Shown here: positions 9,343 through 19,903 of the stretch, piece after piece
How positions within the stretch are numbered: position 1 is the first letter of the stretch
Layout of the letters: each line of letters begins with the position of its first letter
NCBI GenBank assembly: GCA_965226495.1
Contig: OZ245365.1
Span: forward strand, 6,240,001 to 6,304,000
Source of the DNA: Candidatus Marinacidobacterales bacterium
Lineage (GTDB): Bacteria > Acidobacteriota > Vicinamibacteria > Marinacidobacterales > DATDRI01
Length of the DNA: 64,000 bases
Direction: 5' to 3'
Notes under the pieces: generated by a model
What the model was told of the DNA's origin: nothing
Database searches by the model: none
Seen by the model: the letters and a program-made list of their open reading frames with translations, nothing else
Translations under genes and position numbers: made by a program

Positions 9343-9771
9343 TCACGTCTTCTCGACGTCCGATGGAAGCAATGTCAGAGCGTTGCCCTTTGGGCGGACC
9401 GCTCGGAAGTCGCGTTCATCCACGGTGAGCACGCGTCGAATGTCCAGTCTCTCTGCCGTCGCGATGACGGCGCTATCTACGAGGCCTAGAGCGAGATCGC
9501 GATAAGTTGCGATCAGCTCGCGACAGCGCTCGATGTCCGTCGAGGTCATCGGCTCGAGGCTTAGAGCGCCGGAGCTCAAGCCATCGAGGAAGTCGATCTC
9601 CGCGTCAATCCCCAGGAACTCGCGCAGCAGGTAGTCGAGCTCACCCAAGACCGCGGAGGGAACAATGATCGGTCCTCGTTCCTTGTCGACAATGTCACGG
9701 ACGGCCATATGGTGAGCGTCGTCCGCGTCATACAGCGCATAAAGACCGCCCGTGTCCGCTACCAGACTCAT
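9343..9771 (-). CDS. vapC: PIN domain toxin (VapC)
   Basis: VADTG, ELDY, LGLVDSAVIATAERL and TVDERDF motifs. Confidence 0.92.
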   Translation of the reverse strand: MSLVADTGGLYALYDADDAHHMAVRDIVDKERGPIIVPSAVLGELDYLLREFLGIDAEIDFLDGLSSGALSLEPMTSTDIERCRELIATYRDLALGLVDSAVIATAERLDIRRVLTVDERDFRAVRPKGNALTLLPSDVEKT

Positions 9772-10034
9772 CTAGCTTCCCTTTCCCGTGGCCTCTCTCG
9801 TGCCTTTCTCGCGGCCTGACGCAGCAACTCCTCAGCGCGATCGGATACGTCGGTCCTGCCACTTCTGTGGCGCCCAATTCCTGTGATCGGCGGGCGCTCC
9901 GGGTGCTCGGCTTCCTCGACGTATCTGCGGAGAGCCTCCCGGATCAGCGCGGCTTGACTCCTTCCCTCGACGGCGGCTCGGTGACGGAGCGCGACGGCGA
10001 CGTCCTCGTCAACATAAACGGTCGTCCTAATCAC
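9768..10034 (-). CDS. Ribbon-helix-helix antitoxin (VapB/CopG)
   Basis: RTTVYV...SQAALIREALRRY; overlaps vapC start by 4 nt. Confidence 0.88.
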   Translation of the reverse strand: MIRTTVYVDEDVAVALRHRAAVEGRSQAALIREALRRYVEEAEHPERPPITGIGRHRSGRTDVSDRAEELLRQAARKARERPREREAR

Positions 10035-10284
10035 GCATATATGTTAACACATACAAATATCGTAGTCAGTAGGGAGAAAAAGAAACAAATAAATCTATCT
10101 AAGTATTGGTATTTATTGTCTTTGTTGGTGTACTAGATTTTACATTCACTTGTTATTCATCTAATATAAATCGTCTTAGAAAACATTCATTTTGAAGGAG
10201 GAACGGTGATGGCGAGCCCGGCTACTGCTACCGCGACGTGTCTGCTTACCGAAAAAGACATCGAGCAGGGCTAGCAGGGTACTG

Positions 10285-10527
10285 ATGCGGGTCTCGTCGA
10301 ACGGCGGTATCGCCGAGCCCATCACGACGCTCACGGAGGGGCAGGGGTTTCACAGTGCGCCTACGTTTTATCCAAACGGCGAAGCGGTGCTGTTCTCGTT
10401 GGTGTCGACATCAGTGGACGACGCTCAACTCGCCGTGGTGTTGCTCTCCACGGGAGACCGGCGGCTTTTGGGGCGAAACAATCCCGTTCCACTACGCGGC
10501 TCCTGGCTCGCATCGTTTCCACGGTGA
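10285..10527 (+). pseudogene. Beta-propeller (TolB-like) fragment of a kinase/propeller protein
   Basis: RVSSNGGIAEPITTL..HSAPTFYPNGEAVLF. Confidence 0.55.
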
Positions 10528-10590
10528 AGAACCGGGCACGGGCACGCACGCGGTCACGGGCAACGTGACACCTGGGCGCAGAAATCAGCG

Positions 10591-11151
10591 TTACTTGCAG
10601 AACTGGTTCGCGGGGGTGACACGGTCCCACGTCAGTCCCGCGGCACGCACTCTCCTGACTCGTGTCGTGTAGCAACCTCGAGGCGCCCTCCCAATCCGCA
10701 CCGTGACTCGACCGTCCTCTCCGGTAAACCCTTTGCGCCGCCACGTGCGGCTTTTCCTTCGAATCACCACGATGACTTTGGCGCCGCTCACGGGAAGGCC
10801 CGCCGCGTCCACCACGCTCACGGTGATGTGCAACGGATTTCGGCGTCGACCAAGGTCCTCCGGCGTGTAAATAATCGAGGCCACACGAACATCATCCGGC
10901 AGTGCGGGGCTCGTGACCGTGAGCAGAATGGCATCGGACGCGGTCTCTCCCTGGGCGTCGACGACCAAGGCCTGAATCGTGTGTACCCCTTCGCTCAGCA
11001 TCGTGGAAATGTTTCCGCCGACTCCGAGCGGACCATCGAGATCGGACGACCACTCGAGAGCGGAGCTCAGATCGCCGTCTTCGGGATCCAGGCCCGAGCC
11101 GGCCAGTGCGATGAGCGTGTCGGAATCGAACCGTGAGTTTCCGGCCGGAGC
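10591..11151 (-). pseudogene. C-terminal PKD/Ig-like part of a secreted protein, truncated by IS5
   Basis: GSGLDPEDGDLSSALEWSSDLDGPLG..LSEGVHTI; the 5' part is replaced by IS. Confidence 0.7.
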
Positions 11152-12236
11152 GGCGTTGTTGCACCGCTCTGGCTGAGAGCGAAATCCGCCTATGGTGGTG
11201 GCCGAGGTATGTTCGAGCATGAAGTATCCCAAGCGCTGCCAGTACAAGCACGCGAAGCAGAAGAAGTACCACGTTCGCAACTGGGCGGAATACAACGAAG
11301 GGCTGCGCCGCCGGGGCGATTTGACAGTCTGGTTTGACGAGGAGGCAATCGCGAACTGGAAAGCCGACAAGACCGGTAAGCCTGGCGGTCAACGGGTCTA
11401 TTCAGACATGGCGATTGAAACGGGCCTGGTTGTCCGGATGGTGTACAAGCTCGCCTACCGACAAACCGAAGGCTTCTTGCACTCGATCGCCTCGCTTCTC
11501 GGGCTCGGTATCGAGATCCCGGACTACTCGACGTTGTGTCGGCGCTCGAGGTTGCTCCGCAAGAAGCTGCGGATTCCGAAAGCCGCGAGCACTCAACCCA
11601 TCCACCTGATGATCGATAGCACGGGCTTGAGGATTCATGTTGGAAACGCTCGCAAACCGCCAAAGCAGCGCGCATGGCGCAAGTTGCACATCGCCGTTGA
11701 TCGCGAGACAGGGAACATTGTTGCGTCCGAACTGACGGCGTCACGAGCTCGCGACGCAACCCGAGTCCCCGCTTTGCTAACACAGATTCAAGCACCTCTA
11801 GCGTCGGTGGCGGCGGACAGTGCATACGACAAGGAAGCGGTCTACGAAGCCATCGAAGCGCACAGTCCTGGACGAAGGACGCGCGTGGTGATTCCGCCGC
11901 AACGAAACGCGACGCTCAGTCAGAATTCGAACACCGCCATGCAGGAGCGCGATCGCCATATTCGTGCAATCGAAAGACACGGCCGACGTGAATGGTACAA
12001 GCTCTCAGGCTACACCAAGCGAAGCATGGTGGAGAACGCGGTCTATCGTTACAAGGCGATCATCGGGCCGGAGATGCGGGCTCGAACGTTGGCGAGGCAA
12101 CGAGTTGAACACCGAATTGGGTGCGAGATACTCAACAAGATGGCTGCGCTCGGGATGCCCGATACGTACTGCGCCGGGTGACTCTGCAACCGGCACAGGG
12201 AGGTCAGCGATTTGCTCCGGGCCGTGCAACAACGCC
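11152..12236 (+). mobile_element. IS5 family (IS903 group) element, copy 2
   Basis: Same TIRs; near-identical to copy 1. Confidence 0.93.
11192..12181 (+). CDS. IS5 family transposase
   Basis: Near-identical to 6358-7347. Confidence 0.95.
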   Translation: MVVAEVCSSMKYPKRCQYKHAKQKKYHVRNWAEYNEGLRRRGDLTVWFDEEAIANWKADKTGKPGGQRVYSDMAIETGLVVRMVYKLAYRQTEGFLHSIASLLGLGIEIPDYSTLCRRSRLLRKKLRIPKAASTQPIHLMIDSTGLRIHVGNARKPPKQRAWRKLHIAVDRETGNIVASELTASRARDATRVPALLTQIQAPLASVAADSAYDKEAVYEAIEAHSPGRRTRVVIPPQRNATLSQNSNTAMQERDRHIRAIERHGRREWYKLSGYTKRSMVENAVYRYKAIIGPEMRARTLARQRVEHRIGCEILNKMAALGMPDTYCAG

Positions 12237-12353
12237 GGTGGAAGCCGCGAAGCTTCTACACGAGCGGTAGGCTGCAGCAATATTTGAGAAACTCGGAGAA
12301 CGTGGAAGTTCTAACCCTCGATTCGTTCATCGCAAGAGCAAGGAGACGATCTG

Positions 12354-12612
12354 ATGGCAGATGACACGACACAACGCGCTGCGCATAAATTCTTCGCGGA
12401 ACGATTGCACACGCTGGAGCCGTTCACAAAGGAGGACGTGCTCAACGCCACGGGCTGGACGCTTGACACGCTCAATACTTATTGGTCGAAGCAGTTTCGG
12501 GGCTTCATCGAAGATCTCGGCAGCGGCACTTATCGAGTCCGGGAGCGGTTCAGACAGTTTCTGAATTGGCGGAAGTTTCTAGCGCTCGTGACCCAGGTCA
12601 AGACTCTTCCCT
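12354..12612 (+). pseudogene. Hypothetical protein truncated by an IS end
   Basis: RBS AGGAG upstream; the ORF runs into the TGTGCCTTCT end. Confidence 0.45.
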
Positions 12613-12840
12613 GTGCCTTCTATTTATTCATCCGCGCGCACCGAACTTGATTAGTTTCTCCAGTCTGCCGGCATCATGCCTGCATGATTTCATCGTTTGT
12701 TCGCGCTCTCATCTCTGCCTTCAAGGCTCGTCCCGAGCTAGCTCTCGAGAGTGTCGCTCTTCGCCGTCTGGAGATTCAGGGTTTAGTCCGGCATCTGCTG
12801 GTAGCCGCTTCCGGCTCCCTTCGCTTTTTCAGACACGACG
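12613..12840. mobile_element. Integrase-core IS end plus N-terminal remnant
   Basis: Similar to 25692-25840; ends in CTTTTTCAGACACGACG. Confidence 0.7.
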
Positions 12841-12917
12841 GGCTCTGGAATGACCCGGTATAGTGTGGGCGGCTCTCAGCCAGTGGTCTCGGTGAGTTTC
12901 CGGCTTGGGCGAGGACC

Positions 12918-13011
12918 TGTGATCCGCAAAAAAGAAAACCGGCTAGAAGCAGCCGACCATGGCAGGCCTAAACCACGCAATCAACATTGGATAGACTTTT
13001 TGCGGAGCACA
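12918..13011. mobile_element. ~94-bp MITE, copy 1
   Basis: TIRs TGTGATCCGCAAAAA / TTTTTGCGGAGCACA; diverged copy at 48798-48892. Confidence 0.7.
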
Positions 13012-13066
13012 GGTCGCTCTCGTCCGATCCATCCGTGCTGGAAGGCGGTCAAGACGACGAGCGGCT

Positions 13067-13320
13067 TCACACGACGGCTGCCTCAAGCAACTGTATCCTT
13101 TCCTCTTGCTGGTAGTCGATCACATCCTGCTGCTGGCGGTTGACCCAGCCAGCTAGAACGAGCAGTAGGAATTGCACGTGGTACGTCATCATGGATCTGA
13201 AGATAACACCCTCGGGCCAGACGATTGTAAAGCCTACGGCCCTTGGCCCCGGCGCAAACACAGACACTAAGCTGCTGATTTATGGCCTATTTCAAAAGGG
13301 CCGAGTTTTGGCACAGGACG
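13067..13320 (-). mobile_element. Left-end fragment of long-TIR integrase-core IS
   Basis: TIR plus MMTYHVQFLLLVLAGWVNRQQQD start. Confidence 0.85.
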
Positions 13321-13820
13321 GGGACGCGAGGAACGGTCGACATCACCCGCACGAGAAAGTAGATCGACCACACGTACCCCGCGGCGAAAGGGATGTCCTT
13401 GGGATTGTTGAAACCGTGCCCCCAAAAACGTGGGGTGAGCAAGAGCAGGAGCGTGGCGAGAAACGCCGTGCGCGCCGTGCCGATCTCACGGGCGAGAAAC
13501 CAGCAACCGAGCGCGCCGGCGAGAGCTACGAGCGCGTTGAGAAGATGGCGGGAGTCGTAGACGTCGAGGGGCAGGAGCCGTTTCCCTACCGCACACAGCA
13601 GATCGAAAGCCGCGCCGTAGTAGTAGAGATCGAGGTAGCGGAACGCCTCCCGATCACGAAAGCCGGACGCGAAGTACTCGTAGACGCCGTCCCCGTACCG
13701 CACGTGGGACGCTTCATCCCACGTCACACCGTAGTCGGTGAACGTGAGCGACACGACGGCCAGTGCGATCCCGAACAAGACCACGGACCACCGACCGTAG
13801 GAGCTCGAGCGTGAGCTCAA
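13321..13820 (-). pseudogene. GT39/PMT-like glycosyltransferase N-terminus, truncated by IS
   Basis: DYGVTWDE, YYGAAFDL, TPRFWGHGFNNPKDIPF. Confidence 0.8.
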
Positions 13821-14350
13821 GACGCGACGGCTTCGACCGTGACCTCGAACCCCGCGTCCGAAAGATCGCTTTCGGAAACCTGGAAACGTTCGGCCGAAAT
13901 GCCACGCGTCGCGAGACCGTCGAGGACGGCTTTGGCGCGCTCCCCTGGCGGTGCCGGGACTTCGAGCGGGCCACGGTGGCCTCGGATCTCGGCGGGAACG
14001 TCCGGATGGGCTTCGAGCCAGTTGGCGATGGAATCGAGCACGCGCTCCGCATCGTCGTCGATGGAAGCCTCGCCCCGCCCGAAGACGACCGTCGCGCTCG
14101 GTCGTAGGACGTCGTCGAAAGACATGCTCGTCGGCGGAGCCTCGTCCACAATTTCGAGCGAGTAGTTCCCGTCCGTAGCCCAGACCTGGCACCAGGTGTC
14201 TCCACAGCCGTCGTTGTCTTGACGGTAGACGACCACCATTTGCTGATCCTCTCCACCGTGCCGCTCGGTCGTCAGTTTGGATTGAGGCACGGGCGCGATT
14301 CTGGGACACGCCTCCAACGAGAGGGCCGGCAGGACGGCCGCGACGCTCAT
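13817..14350 (-). CDS. OmpA C-like domain protein
   Basis: VVFGRGEASID...LDSIANWL...IRGH...RAKAVLDGLATRGISAERF. Confidence 0.65.
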   Translation of the reverse strand: MSVAAVLPALSLEACPRIAPVPQSKLTTERHGGEDQQMVVVYRQDNDGCGDTWCQVWATDGNYSLEIVDEAPPTSMSFDDVLRPSATVVFGRGEASIDDDAERVLDSIANWLEAHPDVPAEIRGHRGPLEVPAPPGERAKAVLDGLATRGISAERFQVSESDLSDAGFEVTVEAVAS

Positions 14351-16019
14351 GACGACATCCTACCTCACCTTGTCATCGGCCGGGGTTATCTATACCATCG
14401 GCGTCACTTCCGTGAAGCGCGTCTCGTTCGGCCTTGCGATCGTCTTGCTCCTCGCCGCGACGCTTCGGCTCTGGGGGCTCGACTACGGCCTACCGCACCC
14501 ACTCTCCCGCCCAGACGAAGAGCGCATCGTCGGCCGCGCTCAGACGATCTTTGCGACCGGAGACTGGCACCCCGGAAGCTTTTTCTATCCGAGTCTTCTC
14601 TTTTATCTGGATACCGCGGCACTCGGGGCCTACTACGGTGTGCAGAAAGCACGGGGACGCTACGCGCGGCCTTTCGACTTCCTGTACGATATCGCCGTCA
14701 CACGCCCGGGCTTGCACTACCTCATCGGCAGGTGGGTTGGCGCCATCGCCGGTACCCTGACCGTGCTCGTCGTTTTCTTTCTCGGGACGGCGGTCTCTCG
14801 AAGCCGGGCCGTGGGCCTCGTCGCCGCTCTCCTTCTCGCGGTGTGCCACCTGCACGTCCGCGAATCCCACTTCGCCACCGTCGATGTCGTGATGACACTC
14901 TTCGTCACCGTCTCGCTCCTCTTCGCCGTCCATGCGAGCTCGCGACCGACGACCTTCAACTACGTCCTTGCCGGGCTTTTCGCCGGCCTCGCCGCCTCGA
15001 CGAAGTACAACGCCGGCTTGGTCATCCTTTCTTTGTTGTCCGCGAGCTACTCCGTCTATCGGGCGTCGATGCTCGACAAACGGAACGTCGCCACCCGCCT
15101 CGCCGTCGCGGCGCTCGTTTCCGCCTCCGCCTTCGCCGTCACGTCACCCTACGTCTTGCTCCGCCACGAGGGCTTCCTCGCTAACATGAGCGGACTGAGC
15201 GCATTTCTCTACGAGCGTCACGCGGGGCTCGCGCTCTGGGACCACTTGAAGACGACGCTTCCGGCAGGACTCGGTTGGCCCCTGTTCTTGGCGTCGCTCG
15301 CCGGGCTCGCCCGCGCGCTGTGGCTTCGACGTCCCGCCGACGTCGTCATGCTCGCGTTCGTCGTCCCCTACTTCGTTCTCGTTTCCGGCGTACGCGTCAC
15401 CTTTCCGCGCTACATCGTCCCGATCGTTCCCGCGCTCGTCGTCCTCGCCGGGCTCGCCGTCGATTTCGTCCATGGGACCTCGTCCCGCTATCGCTCCGCC
15501 GTCCTCGCCGCGGCCGCGCTCGTGCTCGCGGTTCCGACGCTCGTGAGCTCCGTCCGTTACGATCGCATCGCTTCGAAAAAAGACACGCGTGTTCTCGCCG
15601 CGGACTGGATCGCGGCGAACGTCACACCCCAGAGCCAGATTCTCGTTTGCCGTGGATACGGAGCCCCGCACGTCAACGAGGATCGAAGAAAGCCCCCCGC
15701 TTTCGTGGTCCGCGAGATCGACTGCAACGTCCCCGCTGCCACGGACGACTACCTCGTCACCCACGAGCACGAGCAGCTCGCGAGCTTCTCGAAAATCTCC
15801 CCGGCGTTGTCCGGCTGGCTCGACGCGAATGCACGGCTCCTCGCAAGCTTCGATCCGTACCGGGAAGGCAGCAAGACCGAGCCCGTCTTCTACCGCGCCG
15901 ACGCGTTCTACATTCCAATCGCCGGATACGACGCCGTGGTACGGGGTGGGCCCATCGTCAAGATCTGGAGCTTTGCGCCGAGCCGAGCGATGACGCCGGC
16001 GGTTCCGAAGAAGGAATAG
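14349..16019 (+). CDS. GT39 (PMT-like) phospholipid-carrier-dependent glycosyltransferase
   Basis: [29 protein letters not shown] and many TM helices; likely start at GTG 14412. Confidence 0.88.
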   Translation: MTTSYLTLSSAGVIYTIGVTSVKRVSFGLAIVLLLAATLRLWGLDYGLPHPLSRPDEERIVGRAQTIFATGDWHPGSFFYPSLLFYLDTAALGAYYGVQKARGRYARPFDFLYDIAVTRPGLHYLIGRWVGAIAGTLTVLVVFFLGTAVSRSRAVGLVAALLLAVCHLHVRESHFATVDVVMTLFVTVSLLFAVHASSRPTTFNYVLAGLFAGLAASTKYNAGLVILSLLSASYSVYRASMLDKRNVATRLAVAALVSASAFAVTSPYVLLRHEGFLANMSGLSAFLYERHAGLALWDHLKTTLPAGLGWPLFLASLAGLARALWLRRPADVVMLAFVVPYFVLVSGVRVTFPRYIVPIVPALVVLAGLAVDFVHGTSSRYRSAVLAAAALVLAVPTLVSSVRYDRIASKKDTRVLAADWIAANVTPQSQILVCRGYGAPHVNEDRRKPPAFVVREIDCNVPAATDDYLVTHEHEQLASFSKISPALSGWLDANARLLASFDPYREGSKTEPVFYRADAFYIPIAGYDAVVRGGPIVKIWSFAPSRAMTPAVPKKE

Positions 16020-16263
16020 GTGGTGGTGACGACTTCGTCGCCCGGGCCGATGCCGAGAGCCATGAGACTCATGAGAAGCGCGTCGGTCCCGGACGAAGCA
16101 CCCACGCCAGCCCTCACGCCGCAAAGGCCCGCGCCGCTTCGTTCGATCCGCTCGACCTCCTCACCCAGGATATAGCTTCCGGTATCGAAGCACCGCGCCA
16201 GGACTTCGTCCCGGATCGCCCGTGCCGGGCTCCGAGATCGACGAGAGGGTTCTTCGACGTCAT
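15970..16263 (-). pseudogene. DegT/DnrJ/EryC1/StrS aminotransferase N-terminal fragment
   Basis: [36 protein letters not shown]; frameshifted and truncated. Confidence 0.85.
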
Positions 16264-16319
16264 GGGTTCGTTTCCGGCACCATGATATCCGTTTGAAAGA
16301 CGCCGGGGCCTGGAATAAC

Positions 16320-16902
16320 ACACGCAAGGCACTCGTCGACGTTTTGGGGGACCTCGCGGTCATCCAAAGGTGCCAGATCCATAAACTCCGGAATCTTCGC
16401 TCGTACCTTCCCAAGTCTCGTCACGCCTACGTGCTCCAGACGATGAAGGAAGCCTACAAGTGCAAGAGTGCCGACAAGGCGCGCAAGCGACTTCAGGCAT
16501 TGGTGTCGTAGCTCGAGCGAAACGGCTACGACGAAGCTGCCGGAAGCCTTCGTGAAGGGATGGAAGAGACACTCACGGTCGTGAAGCTCGCGCTGCCCGC
16601 CTTACTTCGCCAGTCTCTTGCCACGACGAACGCCATTGAGAATCTCAACGGAACCATTCGCAGAGTATCGAGAAACGTCAAGCGTTGGAAGAGTCCTTCC
16701 ATGGTTCGCCGATGGACCGCTCTTGGCGTCGTCACCGCGCAGAAAGAGTTCCGGCGTATCAAAGGCTATCGCCATATGGGCGCTCTCGTTCACGCGCTTA
16801 GAAGCAAACAGAAATCTCTTGACAGCGATGAGTTTGCTGCCTAAGAGTATTCACAGGTGCCGCCGCTACCCGACCAAATTCAACAGCGGCCGGGACATCC
16901 CC
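16320..16902 (+). pseudogene. IS256 transposase 3' fragment with right end
   Basis: Near-copy of 51365-51945 with an internal TAG at 16509. Confidence 0.9.
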
Positions 16903-16949
16903 GGGAGTAGGGGAGCCACGCGATAACGAAGGCGATCCATTCTCGACCT

Positions 16950-17025
16950 CGTCCTGTGCCAAAACTCGGCCCTTTTGAAATAGGGGGATGTCCCGCCGGA
17001 TGTTGAATTTGGGGTAGCGGTGGCT
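16950..17025 (+). mobile_element. Partial long-TIR end followed by an IS256 left end
   Basis: CGTCCTGTGCC... then GGGATGTCCCGCCGGATGTTGAATTT. Confidence 0.8.
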
Positions 17026-17200
17026 TGTCCTTCGCACAATTCGAACGCGAGGTCACGGCCGAGCGGATCCGCGATAAGGTCGCTGCCTCCAAGCGCAAGG
17101 GACTATGGATGGGCGGCCGCGTACCGCTAGGCTATGAGAAGGACGAACGCACGCTGCGCATCAACGAGGCTGAGGCCGAAACGGTCCGGACGCTCTATGC
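17026..17200 (+). pseudogene. Serine recombinase fragment
   Basis: Matches 55190-55364 with 3 synonymous differences. Confidence 0.9.
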
Positions 17201-17386
17201 CGTCCTGTCCAAAAACACAAACGAACTCAAGACTGGCGCGCCGGGCCGTTTTGATCGCGTCGTGTCCAAAAATACAAACGAACTCAAGACCGGCGCGCCG
17301 GGCCGTCGCCGAGTTTCATCTATCATTATGATGGAGAGCGCAACCATCAAGGGCTTGGCAACGCGTTTGTGTTTTTGGACACGACG
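17201..17386. mobile_element. CGTC(C/G)TGTCCAAAAA-ended MITE-like remnant with a tandemly repeated end
   Basis: Two ~50-bp tandem ends, an integrase scrap ([13 protein letters not shown]) and an inverted end TTTTTGGACACGACG. Confidence 0.75.
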
Positions 17387-17810
17387 GGCGCCCCAGTCCG
17401 TCAGGTCCGCCCGCCGCCGGCTCCAGCGCGCGACCGCATCCGGTGTAAGGACCTCGCTGAACGCTCGCGCGCGCTTTCCACCGGCTTCGACGTAAACACG
17501 GAACTCGACATCTTCGCCCCGCTCGAGTCTCGTCAGGAGTGCCAAGGAAAATTCGAGTATCGTGCCCGACGGAATCTCAACGGGTAGAGCCAGTTTGGAG
17601 CCGACCGGAAAGGTTATCGCTTCGCTGGCCTCGCCCGAAACGGTTACGGACTGAAGGGCGGGTTGATGGTGCGACACCTCGTCGACATCCGCCGTCGCGA
17701 GTTCGACAAGATCGAATAACGAAATCGTGTCGTTCATGGCGCTGTCCGGAAGCCCGGCATCCCATTCCCGCAATAGCCAACCAGAAAATCCAGGAAGCGA
17801 AGTGCCGCAT
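17387..17810 (-). pseudogene. N-terminal fragment of an exported protein (sulfatase-associated type), truncated
   Basis: Signal-like MRHFASWIFWLAIAG; domain similar to the N-domain of the CotH protein (W..R..DLT.W.G); frameshifted. Confidence 0.5.
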
Positions 17811-17947
17811 GTAGAAAGTATCTTAGCCCGATTCGGATGAGCTCCGGCGGTCCGGTTACGCGGCTCGCTGCAACGATCGGAAACGCGCGACGCCTATTGT
17901 CTGCGTCTCCGAAAAGGACTCGAATAACATCCGGAAGTATAAATGTT

Positions 17948-19903
17948 CTAGCGTAAGGAGGAAAACTCGACCGGCTCGAGCGAGATCCAGTCGACGGACA
18001 TCACGGTGTTCCTGCCCCGGAAGCCCGGGAGCCTTCTTCGCGGCGTCTCGGGATAGAAGAAGAAGAGCTGATTCACTCCAGGAAGGAGCACGCTTTCCGG
18101 GACCTCGAGACGATAGGTGGACCAGCCGGCGACGAGGTCGAGCTCGCCCAAAGCGTTGCCGTTGATATCGACGCGCGCCGAGACGGGAAAGTCCTCGACC
18201 TCACGTCGGGCGCGAAAGGTGAGCACGTAGTCTTTGGGGTTACGAATCAGAAGCGTAAGCCACGAGCGGCGACCCCGCGACTGCCTGAAACTGATTCGAT
18301 CCTCGAACTCCGGCACGAACCACCCGTCCCCGACGAGAGGATAGAAGCCCTCGGGCTCCTCACCTAGATCCACGAGCCCGCCGAAGGACCGCGATCCATC
18401 ATGGAGCCACACGCCTTTCAAGTTATCGTAGAGAACCACCCAGACGGGCGAAGGCATCCATCGGTGCGCACGAAGCAATCGCCTGTACACCAGTTCTACC
18501 TGGGCTTCGGCGACTTTGTCGAAGGTCAATGCGTCGTTGCGCGTCGCAACCATCATGCTGTTATAGATGTAGGCGAGCTGCGCGTTCCACATCGCCAGAC
18601 CGAGCATGGCCCCCCCGATGAGCCACATCGGTCTTCGCCGCAGGGCCGCAATTATCTCGGCCAGCCCCCAGGCGAAGAGCGGCAGCATTCCCAGCATCCG
18701 TCGTTGTCCGAATGAGTCCGCGCCCCACCAATCCTGGTTGGAGCTGTTGAATAAGACCTGGACCGCAAAGGCGGCCCATATCGCGAGAACGGCGCGTCTT
18801 TGGCTTCGCAGCAGCAACAGCCAGCCCAGGAGCGAGGCCGCGAAAAGCGGCGTCCAGGTCAAGAGTCCATGCCGGGGCGATAACAGAAAATCCACCCACT
18901 GAGGCCCACTCTCCGCGAGCCTCCCGTGCGACTGAACGGTCCCGACAAAACCGATGCCGTAGCGTGCGAACCAGATCGACGCCTGTATCACACCCGCGAC
19001 GGCCGGCCCGGAAAGGAGAGCCCCCAAGCGCCGGGCGATGCCCCGCTCGCGGCTCAGGATCAGGTCGAGAACGGGGATCAGGATGAGCATCCCGTCCTGC
19101 ACACGAACGAGGGCCATCAATCCCGCCCAGATTCCGGTAATGACCCAGGGACGGATCTCCTCGGTCTCGCGGGCTCGCCACCAACTGAGCGCAAAGGCCG
19201 TGACCGTGAAAACGGACACGCCATGCGACATAAAGGGGTTTGCCGTCAAGTAGAAGTAGAAGGGCGTCGCGAACCAGATGCCTGCTGCCGTTACGAACGC
19301 AATCGCACGTCCGTAGAGCCTGCGCGTGCCGAGCTCGATCAGCACGATCGCAAGGACCCCATAGAAGAACGTCGACGAGGTGGCCGCACCTTGGTAGTAG
19401 GGCGAGAAACCGTCGGTCGACATCTCCACACCAAGAACGGATGCGATCACCGCACTGATGTGGGCCACGCCCATCGCTGGGATCCAGAAGAGGGCCACGC
19501 CCACGGGCATTCGGCTCGTGACCTCGCCTCCACTCATGATCGGCGGCGCTCCGAGCCCCGCATAGTCGTTCTCGAAATCGAGATCGAAGTCGAATAAGAG
19601 CGACCTGGCCTGGACGTAGTACTCGATGCCGTCCCCACCGACACGGTCGTGGATGGACGGCACCGACCAAAGCGCTACGAGCAGGAGACAAAGGCGCGGG
19701 CCGTCCAGCCACGCCTTCTTCACGGGAAGGATCGTCACCACGGCCGCGACCAACGCGACAAAGAGACAGTAGAAGCGCAGCACGTCTGCGGACATTCCGG
19801 CCGAGACTGCGACGCGCACCGGCAGCGCGAGTACGGCGAGCACGAGCGTCAATAGTTCGGCTCGGGTCACCAGAAAACTCCCAACGAGCTGGAGGCTCCT
19901 CAT
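17948..19903 (-). CDS. GT-C-type integral membrane glycosyltransferase
   Basis: DGIEYYVQARSLLFDFDLDF, PFMSHG, WWGADSFGQRR and many TM segments. Confidence 0.8.
   Translation of the reverse strand: MRSLQLVGSFLVTRAELLTLVLAVLALPVRVAVSAGMSADVLRFYCLFVALVAAVVTILPVKKAWLDGPRLCLLLVALWSVPSIHDRVGGDGIEYYVQARSLLFDFDLDFENDYAGLGAPPIMSGGEVTSRMPVGVALFWIPAMGVAHISAVIASVLGVEMSTDGFSPYYQGAATSSTFFYGVLAIVLIELGTRRLYGRAIAFVTAAGIWFATPFYFYLTANPFMSHGVSVFTVTAFALSWWRARETEEIRPWVITGIWAGLMALVRVQDGMLILIPVLDLILSRERGIARRLGALLSGPAVAGVIQASIWFARYGIGFVGTVQSHGRLAESGPQWVDFLLSPRHGLLTWTPLFAASLLGWLLLLRSQRRAVLAIWAAFAVQVLFNSSNQDWWGADSFGQRRMLGMLPLFAWGLAEIIAALRRRPMWLIGGAMLGLAMWNAQLAYIYNSMMVATRNDALTFDKVAEAQVELVYRRLLRAHRWMPSPVWVVLYDNLKGVWLHDGSRSFGGLVDLGEEPEGFYPLVGDGWFVPEFEDRISFRQSRGRRSWLTLLIRNPKDYVLTFRARREVEDFPVSARVDINGNALGELDLVAGWSTYRLEVPESVLLPGVNQLFFFYPETPRRRLPGFRGRNTVMSVDWISLEPVEFSSLR

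Noticed and set aside
10040-10053. TATGTTAACACATA imperfect palindrome as the VapB operator
   Set aside because: Plausible, but too short in an AT-rich context to call.
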